Assembly: GCF_964204645.1 (NCBI RefSeq)
Contig: NC_134026.1
Location: 29,794,150-29,858,149 of the forward strand
Origin: Tubulanus polymorphus
Taxonomy: Eukaryota; Animalia; Nemertea
Length of the DNA: 64,000 nucleotides
Reading direction: 5' to 3'
Part shown: positions 52,001-62,380 of the stretch, piece by piece
Layout of the letters: each line of letters begins with the position of its first letter
Numbering within the stretch: the stretch's first letter is position 1
Notes under the pieces: model-generated
Seen by the model: only the letters and a program-made list of their open reading frames with translations
Databases searched by the model: none
What the model was told of the DNA's origin: nothing
Position numbers and translations under genes: made by a program

Positions 52001-55000
52001 GCATGTTCACCCATAATTCAGCGAGACTTTCAGTGTTTTTACCCATATCTGACCAAACATTCGACTAAAACAGAAACAATTTCATTCATTAATAACACTG
52101 TACATGTATTAATATGGCCTGATTTTGCTGTTTCACCAAATTCAAGGCCTGTATGTCAGAAAACATGATTTCTAAGTATTAAATACGGGATCAATTCGAT
52201 TACAGAATTCCATCACTGGACGCTTGAGCGCCTTAGTGATGTCATTTAGAATAACTCCCCCTCCCCTGACAGCTATGGTAGCAGCACCATGGTTCCACGG
52301 TTCACAGTTAAGTCTGTGTATTAGTTCAAAAATTGGTTCATTTCCCATGTTTTGACCTTAAAGTCAAATCTTAACCGCTGACCGTGAAACTTGGTGCCGA
52401 AGTTTAAAAGGCTTACCAGGTTAGGTATATCATCAAAGTAATAACAATCTTTGCCTTCAATGATAACTTTAGGTCGTTCCGTAGCACCTTTTGGCAATAA
52501 CTGAAAGTAGAATAGAGCTATTATAGATAACAGCACACGCACGTACAGCAGGCTCCGTACAGAACTTAAACCTACCTCCTGTAAAACTGGTAGAACAGGT
52601 TGTTTAGTTTTCTGAAGGAAGTATATGACCATTAATCCGTAGGAATAGGATGGTAACGTGCCTTCATGCTGCATGTCCATCCGACACAACTAAATATAGA
52701 AAATAAAGACGTTAACATAATATAATCTACAGTCAAACAAGTCGTCATAAACAAGATGATCAGTACGTTGATCGCTTGTCCAAACGGCAACTTTCATCGA
52801 GGAAATTGTTCTAGAAATTCACAAATTACGACTCATAAATAGTGATAACTTCCGAAATTAGGACTCAAAAATAGTGATAACTTCAGCAATGTGACAACTT
52901 ATCCAGTGAGGACTTTAAAAGCAAGTTTGACTGTTTAGTATAATTTGACTTAATCTATGGTGAAAACAAATAGATACCTTAGCCATATATCTCATAGCGA
53001 CGCCGAGAGTTTGAACTCGTTTATCAATACGATTATAAAGACCGAGCAATCGAGTCGTTTTCTGCGACAGTTCGTTACCGATACACATCTGACCGACAGC
53101 ACCACTGACCGGATCGGTTAAATAAATACTGGGAATTTTAGCCGTAAAATCACTTCGTACATCTTTATATTTATCTGTTCAATGAATAAATGTGATAATA
53201 AATTATTCTGAATAATTGAAAAACACAATCAATCGAATGAACAGGATAAAATCAATACATACCATTGTGCTTGAGTAAATTGAATATCGTCACTAGAATT
53301 TCTGCAGGATTTGAACCGTGAGGCATTTCTATATCAATGTTTATATCACTGGTCTTTAAACCAAAACCATTCGCCGATGATCCGTACATAACTAACCTTA
53401 TTACTGAAAAATATAGATTAGCAAATAAACCACTCGATGACATTGCGTGAATGCTGGATATCCTCAGTAAGGGCTGTTAGTTATCAAGAGGTTCTTTGTG
53501 CCTATCATGACGCGCAAGAACAACAAGATTCCAAAAATTGAAAAAAATAAGTGTCAGAATTCCCCGGATTTTCCTTGCAGGGAAAAATAAACCCGGAATT
53601 CTGTGATCTATAAAAACCTGGCAAAGTAAACAAAATAGCGAACTAACCGGGTAATTTGGTTTGAACTAATTTCTCTAAATCAGCGACGAGTCTGTGTCTA
53701 TAAGCGACATCGGCTTCTGTTAAACCAAACTCTTTATGAATACGTTGTAGTAACTGTTCAAGGGCAGAAACATGAGGTGATGAAAGTGCTGGCAGATTTT
53801 TCAGTAGGTAATCCTGTTCCCGAGCCTAAATAAGAGAACAATTATCATCCTTCTAAAAGAAGATTTTGAGGTACATGCAACATAAAATCTCCTATGTATT
53901 ACTGTACACAGAAGTAGACTCTGCTTTACTCTGCCAGTACTGGCCTCTTGGTAAACCGCTCAATTTCGAATTTTAACACAAATTTTTTACAAAAACCTTC
54001 TATTTCCCTGATTCTAAACTCAGTGAAATTTTTAGAGCAGTCCCGAATACACTACCGAGTAAAACAAAGTTTACTGAAAATCCTTGTTTTTGCTTTCACT
54101 TTTCAATGCGAAAATGCATCATATTTTTGCCTCTAGTTTGATACGAACCTCTTTGAGTTTTTTATGACGTTTATCTTTCATGTGTCGCTCACAGATTAGT
54201 ATCGAATCACAATGATATTCACATAAACGACAAAAATACGCGGCTTTTGGGAACTTTAAAGATCGCTATAAATAAAATCAATAGATTAGAAATATCGAGT
54301 GATTGGTATTTATTAATGATCAGGGGCCTCAGTTCCTGAGCGCTTAGACCAGTATTACAGCACCAAACAGTTCGGCTAGTTTGGTCTGATGAAATGAGTT
54401 GCGATTGAAAATAATCTTACCTTTTTTAATGGATGGATTTCATCTTTCATCAATGGAAGAAGTTTTTCGGGTCCGGGATTTTCGGAATCAAGAGGAGCGT
54501 ATGGATTTTCTATTAAAAAAAAAAAAAAAACCACAAAATTTTCAAATGTGTTTTGCGAAAAATTATATGTCTAGCCTGACTCATTTCACAACGAGATGAA
54601 ATTAATCACATACCTAGAAATTTACGCTGAGCTTCTTGCCCGGCTGCGCATAAATTAACACCTGATTGATTCTGATTCGCTTTTATCAATGAATCTAAAT
54701 TAGTTGATTTAACGCGATGTGCGTATTGATTTCCATCTTCTTCCCCGATAACAAACTCATTTCCAAATCCTTTCACTTTTCTTTTTCCTTTGTTTCGAAG
54801 TTTTCCTTTTTTGTTGGCGGTTTTTTTCGCAGCGGTCGCCGACTTCTGTTCGGGTTTATCTTCGGCGCGTTTTGATTTGGAAGCCGATTCACCGGGAGCT
54901 AACTGCGCGTCGCCGTGAGGTCCAGATGTCTCATCCTCATCTGGTTTCTTTTCCACACTGTCATGTTGTCGCTTTTTTGGACTCTTTTTTGCTGTAAGTT

Positions 55001-55672
55001 CATATTAAAATTTGTCAAATTCTTAAGTCTTAGGTCTATTTATGTTTGTCTGGGATTGTTTTTGGGGATATTTCACTTTTTGAACAGATACCTCTATTTT
55101 TACTTCTTTAACTCGTGAATCAGAGAAAAGAGACTCCATTTTATGAACAAAATCAATTCTAACAATGTTTCCAGTCCATGCTTACCATTTAAAATTTGTC
55201 ATCAAGAGTCATGGTTCATAGGCATGGAACCATAGGAACACATCGTTGAAAATTGAAGATGTCGCTTGTCTACATCTAGATATCGATGCCTGGATTTATT
55301 CTCAGATTCAAATAAAATCTATCCATAATTTTCTCGAATTAAAAAAATTGCATTAAACTGTTTGAACCCTTAAGATCAATCCAAGTTAATCAGAGATAAT
55401 TTTCGATGTGAGAGGCTGAATATCTAAGATGAAAACTAATTGAAAATGGAGTTAATCTGATCGAGTTGTTCTACTGTTTTGCACGCCATCTGGTGGGATA
55501 GCTAATGCTATGGTATACAGGATGGGTTGAACGTACTTTCTTCACTGTCATTCTCTTTGCCTTGATCACTTTCCTCGGTGTCATTCGAAGAATCCGATTT
55601 CTGTTTATCATCTTCAGACTTCATTAAGATCTTTTTCAAATCCTCTTCTATTTCGGCATTACTCATAGCCAT
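43058..55672 (-). CDS. TUT7: Terminal uridylyltransferase TUT4/TUT7-like (ZCCHC11/ZCCHC6 pro-ortholog)
   Basis: C2H2 finger FCRLCEYHCDSILICERHMKDKRH; degenerate NTase YGSSANGFGLKTSDINID; CCHC CGICQKEGHLKAAC; active NTase FGSSCNGFGFKNSDLDIC, AKVPIVKF, GDASRGSLSSYAY, IEDPFDLSHNLGAGLSRK; CCHC CRACGKIGHFARDC. First ATG and last exon tentative. Confidence 0.93.
43708..43730. repeat. (GATT)n microsatellite just inside a TUT intron
   Basis: GATTGATTGATTGATTGATTGAT. Confidence 0.85.
47218..47612. mobile_element. hAT-like non-autonomous element in TUT intron
   Basis: Ends CAGTCCCACTAC / GTAGGGACCCTG; 8-bp flanks CATTAACA / CATTAATA (one mismatch). Confidence 0.6.
49342..49627 (-). mobile_element. 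Full-length tRNA-derived SINE in TUT intron
   Basis: Minus strand: A-box TGGCTTAGTGG, B-box GTTCGAACC, core GTGTCCTTAGGCAAGGCA, tail AGCGCTTTGAGCATTCATTGGAAAGGCGCTATATAA, (ATT)n end; GTAGTA direct repeat at 49336 and 49628. Confidence 0.9.
51008..51244 (-). repeat. Coding 24-bp tandem repeat (about 10 x EEKVAP[GA/AT]) in TUT4/7 linker
   Basis: Visible in DNA and in ORF 50435-51763. Confidence 0.92.
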
Positions 55673-56054
55673 TGTTTGACAATTTACTGAAAAATAAAGA
55701 TCGTAGATTCTAAATCGAGGCTCCAATAGCAATGTGCCGAGGACTGGATTTTGGTATATTCTGGACTGGTATTGTGAAAATACTACTATATTAATTGCGA
55801 GCACCTTGCATGCATGATTAAGTACAACTTGAAGTTTCAGATGTTTGAGGCCCTAGCGGGTCTGTTCATAATTCCGATTAATTTTGAACTGCATTTTATT
55901 CATGTGGCATGAATGGCACTAATATTTGTGGCAAAAGCATTAGGACTGGCAAGATGGAATAGACACTTGCCATGATAGGCCTCTATATTAAAATCAAAAT
56001 CAGTCATCATTATAACATTGTCTTAGATAGAATGATTCCTCATTAATAATTAGC

Positions 56055-56268
56055 GGTAAAAGCGCAGATCCGCACCTCTCGTGATTGACGCAATCTGCTG
56101 TATGACAGAATCCAGGCTAAAATCTCTATACTCTCTCTAGTGAAGATATCTTAAAATTAGCCATTGACAATGTACTGAATTGCTGATGACATTTTGAATC
56201 TTAAACAATGATATTTAAGTAATTGATTGAACCGTTTACGCGGAGAGGTGCAGATCTGCACTTTTACC
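56055..56268. mobile_element. Mutator-like (MULE) MITE
   Basis: 26-bp TIRs GGTAAAAGCGCAGATCCGCACCTCTC / GAGAGGTGCAGATCTGCACTTTTACC with perfect 9-bp TSD ATAATTAGC (56046-56054, 56269-56277). Confidence 0.88.
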
Positions 56269-56619
56269 ATAATTAGCATCAAGACCACTGTCCTGCTTTT
56301 TCTTTCCACAAACTTTATGTTTCACTTTCTTTTTTTTTGAGTACTATCTCGCACAATCATTATCATTGCTAACAACTACAAACCAGTACATGAGCAGAGC
56401 ATACATAAACAACACAACTGTTGATAGTAAGGATTGTGAATATTTTCCCACTTTGCTCACAAATGAATAAGGGCTCCAAGAAGGAGTGTGATTGAGGAGG
56501 AGGCTGAGGAGCATGTGTGAATCCTGTTGAACAAAAACAGTTTGAAGAACCTCAATTCAAAGCTGAATTCTACCTATCAATAAATAGCAAATTTACAAAA
56601 ACTGCACTTTTCTATATAC

Positions 56620-57164
56620 CTTGGAATATCTATTTTTTCAGGGGTTATTTTGTCCTAATTTAGCTCGCGTATCTTCACAGAAATGCGAGATTTTATTCCT
56701 GCAGAACTGAATCATAAATCCGCCATCACAGATCGGCCATCTTAATACGAGCCAGCGCGCCAGGGTTTCTGGGGGATTAACAATCAGTTTTTTCGTGTAT
56801 AATCATAGAATGTTTATCAAACCTATCAAAAGTAATAAAAAACAACAGGTCGATTTCTGTTTTATTGATTGTATGAAAACAATAAATTGATCAATATAGG
56901 AATTATCATAGAATAAATTATGATTGAATTGAAAGGCTCGAAGCAAAAATGAAAATGAGGATTAGGAATCAAATACGCATCCCAAGATTCTGCTTACCCG
57001 GAGTTGAATTGTGAAGTGCACACTGGGAAGCGAGTAATGCCTGTCCTCCATGTGACCTTTACTGTGGTTATATAGTGAAGCATGGCCGCCATTTCACGTG
57101 CGAATAGTCCGCGCTATATCTCTCTAATTATTCGCTACTGTCTCTAGTATGACGTGAAAATACG
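56620..57164. promoter_or_regulatory. Divergent promoter region TUT4/7 / PPTC7
   Basis: CpG-richer patches with YY1-like CGGCCATCTT (about 56734) and GCCGCCATTT (about 57085); probable non-coding TUT exon donor near 56619. Confidence 0.5.
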
Positions 57165-59481
57165 ATGCAATCTATAGTAGTATATGGAAGACTTTTAGCC
57201 AGGGCTATAGCATCTGGAATTCATAATGAAATTCCCTCATGGAGAAACAGACAAACTGCTGCTGGATATCACTTAGTAACCGCTTCATCAGGACATGGCT
57301 ATCATCATAATAATACATCACCTGCACAGTTAATGAAAAAATGGTCTTTTGGCGACGATGCTTGTTTTTTTGCCAAACATAATTTAGCTGATGTTATGGG
57401 TAAGTGAACCACATTAAGTCAATAATTTGGCTTACATCCCTTTATTGACTCTGTGTGTTTCATTCAGTGAGAGTGAGTGGGCAGTGGTGGATGTCGTCAG
57501 CAGTGGTGCGTAAAATTCTTACCCAAACAAACCCTGACTTGTAAGGAGATAATTTGTGAATCCCAATGCGTCGTATAACGGATACCCCAATTACTACACT
57601 GCCGCCATCTTTCAATGCCGAATGGAGATAATAACTAATTCATATATACATGGTCGGATACACCGCAGTGCAGCGTATAGCAAAGACGATCACGGAATTA
57701 TACACCGCACTACAGTGTCAATACCATGAAAGGGTTGAAAAGTCTGTTTCTTGAACTTGCTATTTACTGTACTTCTTTTAGGAATTGCTGATGGAGTTGG
57801 TGGATGGAGATCTTATGGAATAGATCCTTCTCAATTTTCCTATGCACTTATGCAAACGTGTGAACGCATGGTCTGTCAAGGAAAATTCCGTCCCAAAGAA
57901 CCAGCTGGCCTCATAGCTTCGAGTTATGCCGAAATTTTAGAACAAAAAAATCCTCTATTAGGTCAGTTACTATAGAAATGCTGGGACAGACTAATAATGC
58001 AAATGCCAAATGGGCAACCATTTTACTTAGTCCTTTGCATTTGATTTCATCTACATAGTTCATTACTGTTAGAATAGAAAATACTTGCGCCCGAATAAAT
58101 CAATTATTAATGATTCCAATCACTCAATGTAGAAATGAATTAAAAGTATAGGTCTATTTGGTGGGTCCTGTGAGATTGTCATGCCACTGAAAGAGGGTTA
58201 TTTTTCTATATTTTCAGGTAGTTGTACTGCGTGTTTAGTTTCTTTACATAAAGAAGATCAAATATTGTACACGGCTAATTTAGGTGATAGTGGATTTTTA
58301 GTTGTACGCAATGGTAAAGTTGTACATAGATCTGAAGAACAGCAACATTATTTCAACACTCCATTTCAACTAAGCATTACTCCTCCTTTAGGAGTTCAAA
58401 TGATGATTAGTGATAGGTAAATTCATGAGCATAGGGTCAAGTGAAACTTGCTTTTAAGTCGTAATTGGGAAGATCATTATTGAAGAACTACTTACTTAGT
58501 AAATTGAATTGAAAATTGAAATTTAATTAGCTTTCAAAGGTAGTGACAACTAAAAGAATCAATGTCATATCGACTCAATTTGATTGTAATTCACATATTA
58601 AAACTTAAGTCTGAAAATGTTATTTGTGATGTTGTACACTGTGTATTTGGATTTTCAGTCCTGAATCAGCCGATAGCACAGCATTCCCAGTTGAAGAAGG
58701 GGATATAATAGTACTGGGTACTGATGGTTTATTTGATAACCTCACTGATGAAATGATTATTGAACATCTTAGATCTCATAAAGTATGTTGTATGGATTAC
58801 AGCTCAGTAATATTAGTTCTTGTACAGTCTTTGATTTCATAGAAAATGAAATAATTTTCTTTTTCAGACGAATTCTCTAAGCACGATACAAAACGCGGCT
58901 AATGGATTGGTTAATATGGCAGTAACGAAATCTTATGATCCGGAATATATATCTCCATTTTGTATAGCAGCCCGCGATGCCGGTATTAACTGCCTAGGTC
59001 AGTAAATAATACTTTAGTAATAGTTTCGGTTTAAATTCTAGGCCAGTACGACAGTCTAAAAATAAGACCCAGCTTCCAAAGCAATTCTGATCAATTGAAA
59101 TTAATCATACAATTTAATCACTCAGTATTTGAATGCTAGACTTGACAATAAAACGAGACCCTGCTCTAACTCAACCATAGTTCAACAGAAGAAATGAACT
59201 GATTGCAACTCGAGTTAAATTCAACCGTGGTATTGTATCGACCGGGTGATTGTTATTTTCAGAATAGCTTTGATAGCTAGCGTAAAAAAAAGTTTAATCA
59301 TATCAAATAGATGCCACCATTCACTATTATAAGATCTTTGGATAAGATATGCAGCTATCTGAAATTATCATAATCTTAATTATGTTAGAAATGATTGTAT
59401 TATTTTCTAGGTGGTAAACCGGATGATATAACTGTATTATTGGCAAGTGTTCAAACTGGTGAATTGATGTGCAGTAGTTGA
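57165..59481 (+). CDS. PPTC7: Protein phosphatase PTC7 homolog (mitochondrial PP2C)
   Basis: [80 protein letters not shown]; stop 59479-59481. Confidence 0.96.
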
Positions 59482-60418
59482 TTTGATTAAAACCGCATAG
59501 ATCTATGTGTAGAGAACAGTAGTTATAACTAGGCTGACTTCTACCTGATGACAATCTTCAGTCGAATGTACAGTAGTTTGAAGAAAAATATTTTTCCTAA
59601 GAAGATGATTGTAGTGAGTGTTTATGAAAGATGCACAACAAGAGATATCATAGAATATGAAAAATGAAAGTTCGCAGAATTATTGGAACTACAATTGGAG
59701 ACATTCGAAACAATATGTCGTTTTATGTAAATTCACTAATGTCTGTAATATTTGTGTAATTTATGTGATATGGGGAGATTTATACCAGCTGTAAAAACTA
59801 TGACATGAATATTCTAGGCTCTGTCTATTCAGTGTGAAGAAAAGAGAATGATCTGATATCTTATTTTGTATAATTCCCCCATTGAAAACGGTAAGTGAAC
59901 AGGCCAAAATTGAGTTAATTATTAGAAAGTCAATATAACTTAACTACTGGTAGAATGAAGTATCAATTATAGTCATAAAGCATAAGATAATCTTTTTTGT
60001 TCTATACTGGTTGCTGTGATATCTAGATTAGCATTTTATTCTCAGTAAAAGTAATTTAACTGTTCTGAACAGTTTTAATATTCATCGACCGAGTGTATTG
60101 ATAAATAGGCTATCATGATTGGTAAGGCTCTCTTCAATGTGGCTGCCGCCTGTCAGGGGATTGTAAATAAAAAATGTAAATGTGAAATTTTGCAATAAAT
60201 TGTCTTGATATACGAAAAATGAGGCTAATATTTTTATTGTGGTTGGCCCGGATTTGGAGAGCAGGCCGGACTGGTAGTGGGTAGTCGATTGTTACATTTT
60301 GATCTGAGGAGGAAGAAATTGTCGGAGTGGCCCATGCTTCTATATCAGGAGGTGCTGACATCTATAAGTCGTAATGTGAACTGCCATACACAATTCTCGG
60401 TATTGAATTGGTAATACA

Positions 60419-60966
60419 CTAATGTCTATTTATTAATTGATGAGACCTGTTTTTCTTGGATATTTTGCTTACTTTTTGGGGTACATACCTCATTTATGTC
60501 TTAACAGAATGCCAAAAATCGCGGACAACAACTGAATATCCGATATATTTCCAGTTCTGTACCATTTAGATGGATTGGCAAAAAGACTCCTTAAGTCCAG
60601 TTGAATGAGAGAGAAAATCCTCCATTTTGTGAAATTTCTTGAATTTTTACATTGTCACCATGCCTACGAAATGAAGTTATTTTTCTTGTGGGGTCTCAAC
60701 AACTAAATCAGGGTGGCGTAGGCATGGTAACAATGTTCAAATTCAAGAAATTTGACAAAATGGAGGATTTTCTCTCTCATTCAACTGGACTTAAGCAGTC
60801 TTTTTGCCAATCCATCTAATTGGTACAGAACTGGAAATATATCGGATATTCAGTTGTTGTCCGCGATTTTTGGCATTCTGTTAAGACATAAATGAGGTAT
60901 GTACCCCAAAAAGTAAGCAAAATATCCAAGAAAAACAGGTCTCATCAATTAATAAATAGACATTAG
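60419..60966. repeat. Long inverted repeat (250-bp arms, 48-nt spacer); foldback element or hairpin
   Basis: 60419-60668 is the reverse complement of 60717-60966 with about 6 mismatches counted by eye. Confidence 0.95.
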
Positions 60967-61110
60967 CTCAAGGTCGCAGATTGACTGGACTGTCATCATT
61001 TCATTCCGTTTTTAGAACGTCCAAGTCTAAGGTGGATATCAATATGCAGGTCACTGGTAAATGTTTGATCCTGTCAATAACTTAATGCTTTTTTTATTGC
61101 AGTTCAAAAA

Positions 61111-62316
61111 ATGCTTGGTGAAGGCTCAAGTGTTCAACAAAAACCGAGAAAATGCGAGAATTGTGGCGAACACTCGGTGTCAATAGTAGATGATGGTCAA
61201 TTAGTTTGCACAGAGTGTGGTTTTGTTGCTGATGACAAAACTTTTGAATTGGACACAAAGTGTGATAATTTAACATATTCTAACATTGAGGCTAAAAATT
61301 CACTTCCAACGCAGTACTATCAGAGAACGAGTTTCAAAAAACGTCCAGCTGCCGGTGAATTACATGGTTTAAAGACAGTACGAGATCTATCGAAACTATT
61401 GAAATTCAACTGGGATCATATTTCAGCGATCGAGAAAATGTATCAGAACTTTTATTCGACAAAATATAAAGCGGTTGGTCTGGAAACGAAGGAAGCGCTG
61501 GCGACGTACTGTGTTTATGTCACCTGTAGACAGCAGAATTATCCTATCATGATGCGGTGGATTTGTGCAAAATCCAATTGCAGTTTTGAATTATTTTCGA
61601 AAGTTTTCAGCGAATTACAAAAAACTCATCCTCCAAATTTACCGGTTGAGAAATTAGAGGATTATCTACCGTTGATTTGTAATAAAGCCGGTTTTGATAA
61701 ACAGATTGAAAACCTAGCTCTGGAAATCATCGATTTCTGTCAGGATACATTTCTCAAGTGGTCCGTGTACGGAGCTGTCATATATGTTATCGTACCAGTT
61801 TTATTTATAGCCTGGAAAAGTTGCGACGTCGCAAATCGTAGTAAAATCAAATTGAATAAATTCTGTCAACAGAATCTAAAAAAATTTCTTTCCGCGAAAC
61901 AAAAGAGATTCCCTGCATTCGACATTATTGAAACGGCGTTGAGAAGCTTCGCTGAAGAGATACCGTGGCTGACCAGTTCCGATGTAGAGGGTCAAAAATA
62001 TCTTTACCATATCCGAGATATATTAAAGTATAAGAAATCGTTGCAGGCTTCAATGTCGATGGAAACTCAGAATACGATCATAGCGATGAGAAATAAACCA
62101 AAACGAAAATTACCGGAGGAAACTGCGAGTGTTTCTCCTCCGAGTGTCAAATATTCACGTATTGAGAACATCGATAGCTCAGAATTGACTAATGATGATA
62201 TTCCTGATTCTGATTTACACCGTTACATCAGAAATGCGAAAGAAGTTGAATTCAGAACGAAAATATTGAATAAAATTAAATCTGAATCGGAAACTGAACA
62301 ATCAACTGAAACATAG
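61111..62316 (+). CDS. BRF2: Transcription factor IIIB 50 kDa subunit (BRF2-like); possible short in-frame upstream exon with ATG at 61044
   Basis: TFIIB zinc ribbon CENCG...LVCTECG, cyclin-fold ALATYCVYVTCRQQNYPI, EEIPWL, DILKYKKSL, C-terminal DDIPDSDLHRYIRNAKEV resembling the BRF2 TBP anchor; about 400 aa. Confidence 0.85.
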   Translation: MLGEGSSVQQKPRKCENCGEHSVSIVDDGQLVCTECGFVADDKTFELDTKCDNLTYSNIEAKNSLPTQYYQRTSFKKRPAAGELHGLKTVRDLSKLLKFNWDHISAIEKMYQNFYSTKYKAVGLETKEALATYCVYVTCRQQNYPIMMRWICAKSNCSFELFSKVFSELQKTHPPNLPVEKLEDYLPLICNKAGFDKQIENLALEIIDFCQDTFLKWSVYGAVIYVIVPVLFIAWKSCDVANRSKIKLNKFCQQNLKKFLSAKQKRFPAFDIIETALRSFAEEIPWLTSSDVEGQKYLYHIRDILKYKKSLQASMSMETQNTIIAMRNKPKRKLPEETASVSPPSVKYSRIENIDSSELTNDDIPDSDLHRYIRNAKEVEFRTKILNKIKSESETEQSTET

Positions 62317-62380
62317 TTTTATTCACTGCTTTAACATAAGAAGACAATTTGTATCAGTTAGTACATTGGTTTAAGAACTT

